A stretch of 59,989 bases of DNA, the filler included, from Sphacelaria rigidula (lineage: Eukaryota), in the NCBI GenBank assembly GCA_964200075.2. It is 9 parts of 9 records of this genome, joined end to end, with 100 filler letters (N's around TTAATTAATTAA, not from the genome) between each part and the next. Parts side by side here need not be neighbours in the genome. Positions count along the whole stretch, not along the records: positions 26,709 to 33,285 come from CAXNAA020019258.1; positions 33,386 to 39,961 come from CAXNAA020019259.1; positions 40,062 to 46,637 come from CAXNAA020019260.1; 6 more parts are not named here. The stretch is one strand, 5' to 3'. The notes beneath the pieces are model-generated. The model was not told where the DNA came from. It made no database searches and saw only the letters and a list, made by a program, of their open reading frames with translations. The translations under genes were made by a program, and so were the position numbers. Of the stretch, positions 26,806 through 40,171 are shown one piece after another (positions within the stretch are counted from its first letter, which is position 1; each line of letters starts with the position of its first letter).

Positions 26806-28752
26806 TACACGTTACGTTCACGTTACGCTTTGGCTGAAACGTAAGGTGAACGTTAAATATCTCCACGTGCCAAACGAAACGTGAGCGTGACGTGAATTTT
26901 CGAATGTAACGTGAACGTAACGTTAATTTTATTTTACGTGCCAAACGAAACGTAACTTGAACGTCAAATTGTTTGAACGTTCAAAACACATCATATATAT
27001 GGAACGTTTCATGGAACGTGTGGCGTCTATCACACGTTACACGTGCATAAGATATGTCACGTTACATGAAACGTTGTCAACACGTTGCATGAAGCGGTGC
27101 ACACTTCAACTTTGCAATATATTTGAAATCCTAGAAGGCGAAGTAACCACTATGCAACGGTACAAGTACAGGGCGTGTATTTTGCGAACAGTATACCAGG
27201 TTACAAGTACAGGCTATACCTGTGATCTTGTACTCGCGAATACAGCTGTACTCACGAACACAGTATTGCAGTGCAAGATTACAAGTACAGGTTGTACTTT
27301 TCACACACAGTACAAGGTGGTTGCTGTACTTTGCAAAGACAAAAGATATCAGTAGTACAAGGATACAAATGCCCTGTACATCGCACATAGAGTATTATAG
27401 TACGAGGTAGTCAATCATTTGTTCGCGACGACGGGAGGTAGGCTCGCTTTTGGCAGCGATGATGTCGCCAATGTCTTTAGTTCTACACCATCTTGATTGC
27501 AAGGTTCAAAGCTAAACGCAGATGCACGCACATGGTAGTGAACGCAAATATAGAGGATATGGCTTATTGTCTGCACTACGGCACACGTGCAGGCGCTACT
27601 TTGTTTGCAAATACCCATGACCGTCTCAGACTAGAAATAAGTGGGCTCCGGAATAAACAAACGACGCAAGATCCGCCATAATAAAAGTTGTGCGTGAATT
27701 CCTATATCCCCCTACATGGGGCGATATAACTTCTTCGCTGGATAAATGGATTGTTTGCCTGGACCGCGGTGCAAACCTGTCATATATATATGCATACATT
27801 CGTACGCTTCCCTATGACGGCCGTGATGGACTATCTTATTTGTCCATATGTATACATATTTACATGTATAGAGCCAAGGGTACCTGATATAGTTTTGTCT
27901 ATCAAATACCAGGACGACTTAAGCCGGACTTCAATCATGTTTACGATCTGTTGTGTGTACAGGAGTTTGTGGTGTCGTGCGAATGACCAAACATTTGGAA
28001 ATTGAAAGTTGAAAAAGATTAAAATAAAAGAGGAGGTATGGAAGTATTACGGTCAGAAACGAATGAAGAGCAATGCTACGGTAGGGGTGCAATTTTTGCG
28101 CGAAATCTTGTCTGGTTCAGGGGCTCCTCATGATTCTAGATCGCACAAGAATATGGGTCAGGGCATCCCCGTTTGCAAATTCATTCAGGCTATATCTAGC
28201 ACATTGAAATAATATTCCTGGCGTACTATCGCATATTACGGAAGTGGTGATTTGGATGAGATACAGAGCTCCCAAAAATCCTAACCTCGGAAAAAATTTG
28301 TGCACCCCTACCGTAGCATCACTCTGAATGATACACTGTAGAAAAAGTAATGATTCACAATTAGATAGCGCGTCTACGCTCAAACATACGAAGGGCAACC
28401 ATCTGTGTCACGTCCGTGGTAACGTCACGCGTTACACGACACGTTACAATGCCTTAAACACTGGTAAATGAGCCGTGACACGCACAGAATGAAACGTTAC
28501 ATTCGAACGTCACACGTGCCCATGAAACGTTATATTAGACGTTACAAGTTCCATATAACGGTTTTATATTTCGTTGCAAGCAACGAAACGTAACGTCAAA
28601 ATGTTTTCACGTGTCAAACGAAAAGTGGACGTAACGTTAAATATTCAAAATGAAACGTTAACGTAACGTTTATTTTTTCAACGGGCCAAACGAAACGTAA
28701 CGTGCACGATAACTTTACGAACTTAGCGTGAACGTGTAACATGTAACGTGTA
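26806..28752. mobile_element. Putative non-autonomous TIR element with AACGT-rich arms, interrupted by other insertions
   Basis: TACACGTTAC at 26806 and GTAACGTGTA at 28743-28752 are inverted; dense AACGT motifs at 26806-27090 and 28410-28752; no clear TSD. Confidence 0.5.
28067..28325. mobile_element. MITE with ATGCTACGGTAGGGGTGCA inverted repeats; related copy at 30341-30589
   Basis: Perfect 19-bp inverted repeat at 28073-28091 / 28301-28319; a similar, diverged pair flanks 30341-30589. Confidence 0.75.
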
Positions 28753-28915
28753 GACCCCTGAAGAATTGAAAAGCAGAAAAACTCACAAAAAAGGGGGAAC
28801 TAAAAAAAAGAATGATTGGATTCCAACACGGAACACGGACAACAAAGGGGCATACCAATACATACACAAACACGGATCTGGACGAGCAAACAGACAGGAC
28901 ACAAGACAAACACAC

Positions 28916-30253
28916 CTTGAAATTGCCATCTTCGCAGTCGAACACAGTGGATAGATTGATACCCGTGTTCAGCGGCGATACATTCAGCTCCCGAACAACC
29001 GCCGAATTATTCGCGTCGCAAGGCCAAGCGGCCGCCATCAACACCCCTCCTCGCCATCTCGGCGCCTCCCTCATCAGCAAACCCTCCCGCTCCCCCCCCC
29101 CCCCCCACGGCCCCCAACCCCAACTCCACTTCCTCCATCTTTCCGCCGCCTTCACTATGTCGTCAAGCACGTGAGGCGCTACGAACACCGAGAAGAGGAG
29201 CAGCACGTACCAGGCAGTGGATAGGGCTGATGATGATGGGTATGCAACACCACTAGGTGCTCGACCCTTGCTGCTGTTGCAGCCAAAGTAAGAGTCATTT
29301 TTTTTGTCGTCCTTGTCGTCGTCGTCGTTGTTGTTGTTGTTGTGGATGTCACAACGGTAGGACGATGGGGATCGCCCTCGAGAACAGCCATTTTGAACAC
29401 AACGACAACAACGATCGCAACGGTAAAGACCAACGCAGGCCGGCACCGCTAGCTGCGGTGATGTCTCGCGGCCATCGCGGAGGCCCGTCATGCCTTCGCA
29501 ATCTTCCCGCCCGATGACACCCCGACCGCTCCTCCGTTCCAAGGTGTCGCGGATGCCGCCGCTCCGGTTGCAGCAACGCTGTCGTTTTTGCGGCAAGACG
29601 CGAAGATCCTTATCATCTTCGAGGTCCATTGCTGGGATACTTGTGCTCTGAAGATCTACGTCTTCAAGACTCAGATCTTTAATGCACCGATTTTGCACAT
29701 GCGCATTTGGTGGTGGTGCGGCTGCTGTTCCTGTCGTCGCTGCTGCTGTTGTTACTACCGTCGCTGCTGCTACTGATACTGTTGTCGCTGCTGCTGTCGC
29801 TGCTGCTGTCGCTGCTACGGCTGTTGCTGTTGCTCTCGCTGCCGTTGCTGCTGCTGCGATAGCTCTAGTCGGCAGCAAATCTACATCAACATTCGTCGGT
29901 AACTCACAACAAACAGCACAACCATCTTCGTAATGGTCGTCATCGTGACCATCACATCCGCCACCTTTACCCCTACCAACTTGGCTCCATTCCGGAACAT
30001 GCCCAACTGTCGCTACCGTGGTTTCTCTTTCGATTGCCGTTGTTCTTGCTGTTGCACCGGCGGCGGTTGTGCTCGTCGGTAGCATACCCATCTTTCCCTC
30101 TCTCCGCTTTCCGCCACGTCGTGCCGTCTCGATATGACCTCCTGATACCCCACACGATATTGGATCCGGATCTTTCGATCCGTCCGATCCGCAAACGTTT
30201 GTTCCTGGTCCGCTTTTCTCCCGCTCGCCTACCGTCGCTCGCTCGGGGTCCAC
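28916..30253 (-). CDS. Large internal exon (446 codons): low-complexity region, TM segment, then the start of a brown-algal polymorphic-outer-membrane-protein/adhesin-like domain
   Basis: TTTTATAG acceptor and AAG|GTGTGT donor, phase 0/0; AWYVLLLFSVFVAPHVL hydrophobic helix; ends ...RELNVSPLNTGINLSTVFDCEDGNFK, like the 'CxGGxFxV' N-cap of Ectocarpus PMP-like proteins (recognised from memory). Confidence 0.6.
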
Positions 30254-30911
30254 CTATAAAACGAATACACCTACATGTTCAAAGGGGTGTGGAGATGACG
30301 CAAAGCCAGGAGGGTAGAATAAGAAAGGAGATCGCTAGGGAGTGATGCGATGGTAGGGTTGCACTTTCTAAGCGAACATGTTTCTCGGGGTGTTGCAGGG
30401 ATCATTTTGAGAATCGGCATCATTCTCACTTGAAAAAGACTGAAAATGATGACGATTCACGAAAAGGCCCCTGTGTGCATTTCCATGTCCTGTCCCTGGA
30501 GATTTGGGTAGCACAGTAAACCCCAAATATTTGGGCTCCTACAAAAACGAGGCCCAGAAACAAAAAGTGCAACCCCTATCGTAGCACTGCAGCGGGATCG
30601 AAGGAGGACGCAGGGGCGTAGAGCATACATGAACAACGTTTTTGCGATGCTGAATGTCGCCTGTCTTGTTCCCATGTGTGCGCTGTGCTATACTTCTGAC
30701 TGGCACTGTACTATACTACCACCGCTGTATCAAAAATAAAATATACGTTTATACTCCGGGGTACACACGCTTAACTTTGCTGTGGTTTCAAACTTGAATA
30801 TAAGTAATCGAAAAACAAACACACATACACACATTTATGCTGATCAATCAAATAAACCAAATCAAACACGGGCTTTTCGTGCATCGCACAGGCCACAATG
30901 ACACCGTGGTG

Positions 30912-32227
30912 GGAAACGTTTACACTTGATTCGTCTCGAATGAATCGAAGGTGGGGAACATGTACGTACGATTCATGCTGCATGAACGGAGATAGGGAAA
31001 CGCGTACGCTTGATTCACCTCGTATGGATGCAGGTGGGGAATATGTACGTATGATTCATGCTGCATGAACGGAATTTGGAAAACATGTACGTGTGATTCA
31101 CCTGATATAAATGGAACGGGAGATGCATGTACGCTTGATTCGTCTCGTATAAAGGGTGGGAAACATGCATTTATGATTCATGCTCACGACTGCAAGGTGG
31201 AAAACACGTACATGACTTACGTGATCCATGCTGTATGAATTATAGGAAAGTAAACAGCACGAAGAATCACTCTAGGCGCGCAGATGCATGCTGTACCGAG
31301 CTGTCCGCGGACTGCAGAGTACGCTGCGGGATTTTCCCTAAAATTCCGGCGAGCATGTGAGGACAAGTCGGGCTAGTGCTGTGTTGTTCGCAAGTATTTC
31401 TGGTATTGTATACATTATGTTCAGGTCAACTGTACCACAGAACACAACATGAAACCACAGAGGCTGTCAACAGCACAGCTCGGGGGGGGGGGGGGGGGGG
31501 GGGGGGGGAGAAAAGACACAACGGGGAGGGGCAAGGGGGGGGGTGGACCACCAGGCACCAAGGGATGTAGTTGTGATGAGTGNNNNNNNNNNAAAATACG
31601 ATGGCAACGGGGGGGGTGACGGGGGGTGTATCGGTGGGGGGGTATACTGGTGAGGAAGACCCCACTGGGCACGCAGACGCGTGTGTTGTACTACTGCACT
31701 CCAAGTGTTGCGTGTGAGTAAAATGTTGAAATTGGGCTAATCGCTGATTTCACTCTCGAGGGGTCCACGAACTGTACACTCTTGCTTGTCTCCGCCCCCT
31801 ACAAAAGGGCAGCGCCACCGAAGAGTCGTGCTCCATGAAATTGAAAGTGGGAAACAATGCGTTCACATTATGTATATCATATGAGCAAAAGGTGGAGAAC
31901 AAGTACGCATGATTCGCGCTGCATGAATGAAAAGTGGGAAACATATACACTTGATCAATCTTGTTTGAATGAAAGGTAGGGAAGATGTACATATAATTCA
32001 TGCCGCATGAATTAATTGGGAAACATATACGCTTGATCCATCTCGTATGAATGGAAGGTGGGGAACATGTACGTGTGTTATTCACGCTGCATGAACGGAA
32101 ATTGGGAAATATGTACGCTTTATTCACTTCGTATGAACGGAAGGTGGGGTACGTGTGCCCATGATTCTTACTGGATGAATGGAAATTGGGAAACATGTAC
32201 CTACGATTCACGCCACACAAATGGAAG
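30912..32227 (+). repeat. ~39-bp AACATGTACG..GATTCA satellite arrays (30912-31245 and 31832-32227)
   Basis: Same unit type as 20093-21717. Confidence 0.8.
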
Positions 32228-33285
32228 GTAGGGTGAACGATATACAACGGAGGTTTGGGGAAATAGCAGCAGATATACATAGGTATAAAAGGCAAGAAGA
32301 AGTAATGTTGGTGGGAGATTCCGATGCAAAGGTAGGAAGAGCAGGTCAACCAGTGATATCATTGGGCACTACGGGGAAGATAAGATGAACACGAATGGGG
32401 GAGAAATGCTGAAGTTCCTTGAGCATAACGACATCAAGACGCTGAACGATATAGCGCAAAAGCCAGAGGTGCAATGGATATCGACTAGGAGTAAGGGGGG
32501 AGGCTCACGCGAGACGAATATCGAGCAAAACTACTGCAGGATGGGAGGAGTACTCTAAACCTCGAAAGGAAGTTAAAAATCTGGTACGGAAAAAAAAAGG
32601 AAAAAGGAGAAGATGTAGAGAACGAAGCAAATGAAGACTTCGACGGCGGGATAAAACAAATGTAGGCAGGTATGAAAGGGGTAATGAGAAACCAGGCAGG
32701 AACGATGGACAGGGTGATAGCTGCGCTCCAGGCACAGAACGGGAAAATGGCCAGCAGTTCGAAGGGGAAGAGAGAAGTGCTAGTCGAGCACTACCGTAAA
32801 CTAGCAAGACCAGAAGCAACCACGAAGCTTGAGACGGAATTCGAGAAAGAAATCAACGCGTGGGCAGAGGCGAATTTAGAGACGTCAAAACGGGAGGATA
32901 GAGGCTCGAAAGAACTGCAAAGATAGTTTACCAGAGATGAAGTAACGGAGTGCGTTGCTAAACCGAAGAACAGAAAGGCAGCAGGGGCAAACAAAATAGT
33001 GAACGAATTTCTAAAGTACGAGGGAGAAGGAATGATTACAATTATGGTTATGCTGTATAACTGGATATGGGGAAACGAGTACACACCAGAGAGGTGGAAA
33101 GGAAGAGTAGTCGTTGACCTTTTGAAAAAAAAGACAAGACTGACCCGGGAAACGGTAGAGGGATAACGCTACTGAGCACGGTAGGGAAAACATTCTGTAA
33201 GATTCTGAACGATGGAGTAGGAACGATGCTAGAAAAGGAAGAGAAAATCAGCGAGGGACAAGCAGGATTTAGACCAAACCGTAGT
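32228..33285 (+). mobile_element. Degenerate non-LTR retrotransposon (LINE): APE endonuclease remnant plus N-terminal part of the reverse transcriptase
   Basis: LVGDSDAKVG...NTNGGEMLKFL (APE); FTRDEVTECVAKPKNRKAAGANKIVNEFLK, RGITLLSTVGKTFCKIL, ISEGQAGFRPNRS (RT); contains stops and frameshifts; cut by the contig end. Confidence 0.92.
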
Positions 33286-34156
33286 NNNNNNNNNNNNNNN
33301 NNNNNNNNNNNNNNNNNNNNNNNNNNNNNTTAATTAATTAANNNNNNNNNNNNNNNNNNNNNNNNNNNNNNNNNNNNNNNNNNNNTTACGGCGTTTTTAC
33401 TATGGTGAAGACCATTTTTTCACAAAAACGCCCTAACCTCTATTAAAAAAAAAAGAATGAAGGCCCATTTTTTATTATTATTCGGCACTCTTTGGTGGTT
33501 CTCCACACCAAAATTCGTCGCCATCCGCTAAATGCATCGATCAGGAGTTTCATAGAGATTTTAGTATTGGCAAGGTATTGGCGCTATCTCCTTCAGGTAT
33601 AGGAATTACTAGACATCGGGTTTAATCAACGAGAAAATATGGGCACAAACTTTTGAGCAGATGGGCACCTTCCCCTTGATTAGACGGTTAATATGATATG
33701 CGGATCACGGCCCAACTCGTCTGCGTCGAAGAGAAATTGCTTTTAGAGCCTAAATCCGTTTTTAGGCTGGCCCAGCTCGTAGCATGATTGTGTATTCTCC
33801 CTCACTACTCGTCGCGTGGCCGACCTCCCCTTGTCTCCTTGACCTCCCAGTGCCAGCTCGATATGATCAAAATGGTCTGTGTTGGTTATTCCGAATATCA
33901 AAGCTCAAGCTGACGGGGCCTCCTCCGTGACACGGGAGGCTAGGGTTCCATTTCTGCCATGTTACCAAGGTTAGACGAGGAACGACGCACTTTCATGTAT
34001 TGCATTTGTATTATCTTGGCATCAATGTACTGAGCGTGGCGGCGGAAGCCGCCAAAAACCTTGTAGAAATACACGTTGGACCCATCCCACGGCTGCGAGC
34101 TTTAATTTGAGCCGCTCCTCGCCTGACTCGGCGCAGTATTTTCCAAAAAAATACAA

Positions 34157-34595
34157 CAGCCGATCATCGAAATTGAGGATGGCGCTTTTTATTGAGGATG
34201 AGAACCTGCAGGGTAGAAAATTCGTTTCCACACCAAGTCTTCAAAGTATGGTTCCCTTCCTTCCCCTACTTGTAGTTTTTGATAACTGCTACACGCCCTA
34301 CAAATTTGGATCTCGACAACCGAAATTTTGGGGTCGTACATGAAGAACCGAATTTGGGGAAGTTGGGTGATCCGATCGAGTCGCCGAAATCCCCCAAATT
34401 TGGCTGTTCACCAAGTACTCCAACATTTCGGTTATCGAAATCCCAATTTGTATGACGTGTATAACTTGTCCGTAGCCACCAGTAGGGAAAGGAAATGAAC
34501 CCTATATCAAAGATCTGGTGTGGATACGAAGATTTTAATCCTCGGGGTCATCATCCTCAATGAAGAGCTCCATCCTCAATTTTGATGATCAGCTG
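34157..34595. mobile_element. Foldback/MITE: ~440-bp imperfect palindrome (family shared with 55767-56208)
   Basis: CAGCCGATCATCGAAATTGAGGATGG pairs with CCATCCTCAATTTTGATGATCAGCTG; the arms pair inward to a centre at ~34375. Confidence 0.8.
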
Positions 34596-36099
34596 CCAAG
34601 TCGGAAAAATAGAGATTTCCCATTTTCTTTGCGTCATCATTATTCTCAACCAAACGCTAGACTCTCAGTCTGGCGAAAACCCTTGTTGGTTGAGTTCATT
34701 TCGCGCATGAAATTGGGTCAGAGTGTCAGGTCCCTCCCGGTCTCGTCACGATAAGGACAGCGCCACAATCAGGGGACATGATTCATAATGCCGTCAAGGA
34801 GAAAAAATCAAGAGATCGACGGCCAAACGTCCATGTCGCGCACGAACGACGTGAACGAGTACGTATCGACCACCAATATATGTGAGCGTCGTCACCACAA
34901 CAGCGCGACCGAGTGCCTGGCGAAATATGGGGCCCGCAACTGCTATTTTGGCCTCAGTGTTCAGCTATATGGCTGAAAGATTTTTGAACCGTTTGCCCAA
35001 AACCAAAAAGACATGAGATGGAGATGCATCTACCTTAGCTTTTGAAACACACGAGATGGATGTGTACCTATTTGCCTCAGTTTCTGATTGTTTCTCTCGA
35101 GCTCACCCATTCACCATTCTCATTAATTTTCCCGTGTTTTTGGCCCCCGCATTCCCTTCTCTTCATCGCCTTCGACCTAAGGAAGGCTGATCTAGAAAGA
35201 AAGAGCGGACGCGACGGCAGCAATAGGGCCACGACAGTACGGTACACCTTCCCCGCCCAAACGAATCAACAACGAAACCCTTCCCTCCCCCGCTGAAAAA
35301 ATTTGAGCCACACACAGCTTTGTGAAGAAACCAAAAAAGTATGACCAACACAACAACGGCGGCACCTGAGCCTCCTTCACTTGATCAATGGATGATGCAT
35401 ATTTTCATACTTTCCCTAACTGAAACCAAGCTCACACCCAAGTAGTGGGATGCCCTTACCCCCTGCCCCCCCCCCCAATACATCTTCATGGTGCTTTGCG
35501 CTCATGTGCACGCTGTACCTTCCTCTAAGCCTCCATCCAAGCAACCGCTACACACCGCCACCGCTAAAACGGTGACAGCACGCCCCCCCCCCCCCCCCCC
35601 CCCCCCCCTCCTTTTTTTTCGCATTTCTCACCACACGCACGGACATATGCGCTCCGTTCCCCCCTTTTTCGTCTTTATATCATTTCACGCCAGAATAACT
35701 GCACCACTCTCAAGGTATATGGATACATGACGGCTCCAATCAGACTGGGGCAGACGAGTTACAGAATCGACTGTAGTGGCCGCTGCTGAGCTAACAAAAC
35801 GTACGTGGGCACACCTAAACGGCTTATCGGGCAAGAGTGGACAATGATGATGCCGATCTAACAGATGAAGACACCTGAGCGCTGTCTTGAGGTTTAACGC
35901 CCACATTTCGAGAAGTTGTTATATCGCTCCCGTCACCAAAGGGTAACCAACGACACACACACTCTCTTACCCCCTCTCTCCCTCTCCTCTCCTTCTTTCT
36001 CTCAAATACACACCTGCAACCCGACCTCATGAAAATATGCATACGCCTGTGTTTGTCGACGACTAGCGTTAAAACACCCAATGCTGTACAGAACGAAAT

Positions 36100-36152
36100 G
36101 CAACACAACACAACACAACACGACACGACACGACACGACACGACACAACACA
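36100..36152. repeat. (CACAA/CACGA)n microsatellite; also (AAACG)n at 36574-36626
   Basis: Directly visible pentamer runs. Confidence 0.9.
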
Positions 36153-37822
36153 CCTACCGAGCAAACCTAGTGTATCCAGATTTTTTCCGGGATTCATCTC
36201 TTCGCTTCATTTTTGTCGTTCTTGTCCTTCTGTCCGGCCATGTCCAGTGCTCTCATTTTTCGGCACTGTTCAACACAGCACACATACATGCACACACGCA
36301 CGCATTCGTATCATGATTGCAAGAGGGTCTCATGACGCTTGTGTTTTGGCACACTCGTCGTGTATCACGCACGTTTCACGACAGGAAGGCCACACGATCA
36401 AAATACTCAAAAGACTAGAACAATAAAATAAAAAAAACATACACATACACACCTCACAAAATATGCGAAACAACATTGAGAGAACAGCAAAACTTTCCAC
36501 AACCTCTTCATCAGTGTGCTCAAACCTTGAATAATGATCAGTATGAATATATATGGGCGAAAAAAACATATTCGAAACGAAACAAAACGAAACAAAACGA
36601 AACGAAACGAAACGAAACGAGACGAAAAAAACTCCGAAGGACGAGAGAGGCAAGACGTGAAGAAGGAGAAAAAAAAATGGGGCGGATAATAGATCAACCA
36701 TTATCAACCCATTGCGGTAATCTTTGCTCCTCAACAGTGTAAACGCAGTCTATCATTGCTCTCCATGCTGTGTACCATCTTTGTACTATCTGTGCGGACT
36801 GCTTCGCACGACAGGCCCTCCGCCAAACGCGGCCGTCTTTCCCTGTACTCCCAAGACTTGATCCACCAAACGCTACTACGAGTAGCACGGATTTCGCTTC
36901 GGGGTTACCGTACTTGCTATTTTCCAACGCTGGGCGTGCTAGTGCGTCAAACGATGCTCTCTTCCCGGAAGTCTCCTTCAAATCAGCTGCACACCACCTT
37001 CAATTGTAACAATCTACGAGGTACAACTCACATCGGGGAACGCACTACACTGATATTTGTTCTTTCCCTCTCATTTTTTCTCCCCGCCACCTAATCCACC
37101 TTAACCTAAAAACGTACGGTAACGGTTGACGGAGCCAAGAGTGAAAAAGACAACAAAAGGACCCTGAAAATCGAGAGCAGAATTTTACGGAGGCTGATCT
37201 GATGTGATTGATCCCATGTGATCTGAAGAGAGCCAAAACCAAATACGAAATGACATAAATGAAAGTTGGGAGGAAGGAGGGAAAGAAAAAAGAAGCAAGG
37301 AAGGAAGCAAAAACAAACTCAAGTCAATCTACACTCCCTGCCGCAAAAAACACAGAGATGCAGATCAAACAAGAGGGTGTGATACCAAACACCACACATG
37401 GCTTTGTGTCTGCTGCGGGGCATGTGCACGAGAGCCCTTGTCAGCGGGGAAATTAGACCGCAGACGACAATCCACCACGGGATCAACGAGGAGGGGCGGA
37501 ATGGGGGAGGATACCGGTTGTACCTGTTACACGTCCTCGAACTCACTACGGATTTTTCTGAGTGCATTATTTTGCCGTATCTCTTCTAGTTCCTCAAATA
37601 GCTGCGTCCACTAAATTACACCATCCCTGCCGCTTCTTCGAGTTTCTTCTTTCGTCGCATGGTGTCGTCCGCCAACCCACAGAGGTCGGGTGGTCGGCGG
37701 AGGAGGGAGGGAAGGTGAGGGGAGGGGAGTGGGGGAGGGGGGCGTGGCTTTCGCGGGTCAAAATGCATCTCAAATCTCACAAGCATTGTAAACATATGAA
37801 CGACTTCATCCGTTTGCACTAC

Positions 37823-37943
37823 CTACAGCTGGCAACAATCCCGTGTTCCACTTTTCGATCTCGGCTGGTGACAGATTCCCCCAGCGGCGGAGCAGAAGAT
37901 CCGCCGTCTCGGCTTTGCTGCCGCCCGGCACGTCCGCTTGAGC
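37823..37943 (-). CDS. Candidate exon with HMG-box-like helices (AQADVPGGSKAETADLLLRRWGNLSPAEIEKWNTG); may splice to 36986-36694
   Basis: CAACAG acceptor and GT donor; L-x-x-R-W-x-x-L-S-x-x-E-x-x-K-W spacing; phase-1 match to the acceptor at 36986. Confidence 0.35.
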
Positions 37944-39405
37944 CTGTTGATTTTCCCAAGCAAGAAAGATAGGCAAAGGGAAAGGAGGGATGGGGGGGGT
38001 GTTCGACATGCTTAGTAAGAAGGTATGGTACGAGACGAGTGCAGCAAGCAGGGGAAAAAATGGAGAAAAAAGTGCCGACAAAAAAAATCACGGTAAGGAG
38101 GATGCTCGGGTTAAACTAATCTTGACACACACGTCCGTTCGCTTGTCCAAATGACTACCGACCACGTTCCGATGTTGGGACGATTCATCGCCAGTCCGAA
38201 TCCCCGAGTCTGAGAGTTTTGAGGTCTGATTTCTCGGACGAGGGAAACACGCTGATCGCGGGTAAAACAAGTACGTCTCTAGGCAATTTTTGCGTTATTT
38301 CACATGCCTGGGATGCGCGTACCTGGGGGGAAACGCTGAAAAAAAAAGGCTAGAGATTGGTCTGTACGGTAGGAATGAAACGCATCAGAAAAGCAGATAA
38401 TCTTGGAGACGAATCGGTGTTCGTTCGATCCTTGTCAGATCTTGAAATGACAATCCTGAGACCCGATTTGGACATACCCTGGTATGTGCTCGTTTCTTTT
38501 CTTCATTTCTTCAGTTCACATTTTTGAAAGGGCGAAAGACGAGGAAAAGTGGAAGAGAGGGGGGGGGGGGGTACTCATTTGTTGCTTGCCTTGGTCGTTT
38601 GACCATCGACAACGCATGTAGTCTTGCATGTCATAGTCATATGACCATCGACCTCACATCCCTACAAATCCAACGCGGAGTACGCCGGGTTTTCTCCGGA
38701 CCAGGCTCGCACTCGATCACCAAGCCCGAAGCGCCGTGGTGTGTTCGACGAGTCACACCAAGGGTGAGCTGCATCCTGCTAAGATTGTTCGGCCCGAAGC
38801 CTACTGATTATCTTGCATCTGGATGACAGCCTCCAATGAGTTGCTTCATTTTCTGGTACTGCCACTTCCAGAGAGAGTCATGGGTTATACACTGCCTCAC
38901 CGGTGTCTCAACATTTGAACACTCACGTAGGATGATCATCCCCTTTGCACGAAGGTCAGGTTTTCCACCCCGAACAGAACGATCCAGCTCGAACACCATC
39001 ATGGTGACCGTGAAAAAAAGCAAGCGGGTAAAAAAAAACGGTAACCTGGTTGCCTAGCTTACGCAATGAGAGGCGCTTTTTACAGCGTCATCGCCAACCG
39101 ACGCCAACCCTCAAGGCGAGGCGGGGCGTATTCACTTGCTGCTTGCCTTGGCCATTTGACCGTTGACCACGCATTCCTTCCGACACGGGGGAGGGGGCGT
39201 CACGACATCTGTCCTAGATCGTGGCTAGTGCCACTGACCCCTGGTATGACAAAAATAGCTTGTAGCTGTAAATATGTTTTTGACATGATTGCGGGTATGG
39301 TTTTCGTTATAAGCATGCACCCTATATGCGCTGGGTTCGCTAGTGGAGATGATATGCGGTAACTTCAGTAGGTGTGCCAGCGTTGTTTCTGTTGCGCCTC
39401 TCTTT

Positions 39406-39720
39406 GCCGCGCCCGGGTGGTATAATGGTCCGACTGTCGCCATTAGGGTGGGGAGAACGAGCGTTCGATTCCCGATGCGTTGGATTTTTTTTTCGTAATA
39501 TCTTACTTCCACCGTGGAAACCGTGCGAACGTGAGTAAACGAAGTAGTCGGCTCCGTTTGTTCGACGTAACTTGACGCGGTGCAGGAATGCTGATAGTCA
39601 TGATCCAATCCGCGAGACCAAAATGCGAGGCGTGTACTGGGGGAGAGGTGAGATGATCCCTTGAGCCCACAGATTCATCCCGAGGTAGGGGAGGAGTTCA
39701 AAGTGCGACAAAAAAAAAAA
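39406..39720 (+). mobile_element. SINE family B, full-length copy with poly(A) tail
   Basis: GGTGGTATAATGG A box, GTTCGATTCCC B box, shared body and A11 tail. Confidence 0.85.
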
Positions 39721-39887
39721 CTCTGAATGTGTACGATGCAAAAGTGTTGCACGCCGAAGTCAACACATTTCTTGGGCACACCGTTTGCATGCTGTTTTGA
39801 TGTAAGTCATATGGCAAATTTATCATGACGTCGTATGTAGGGTTTGCATACAGACATCATCTGCAATGAGCTTGTACGCCCCTCTCG

Positions 39888-39933
<46 letters not shown>

Positions 39934-40120
39934 CCCCCCCACCACCACCGACCCGGACGCCNNNNNNNNNNNNNNNNNNNNNNNNNNNNNNNNNNNNNNN
40001 NNNNNTTAATTAATTAANNNNNNNNNNNNNNNNNNNNNNNNNNNNNNNNNNNNNNNNNNNNGAGGAAGGGGGGCACGTGCGGTGGAGCGATGGCGACAGG
40101 AGAAAAGGGAGGAAAAAAAG

Positions 40121-40171
<51 letters not shown>

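Noticed and set aside
28715..28915. Hydrophobic C-terminus of the 512-aa ORF
   Set aside because: Lies beyond the AAG|GTGTGT donor and reads into intron and repeat sequence
35100..36540. Several splice-site-bounded segments on the minus strand
   Set aside because: No consistent open, phase-compatible chain or recognisable product; possibly UTR exons or noise
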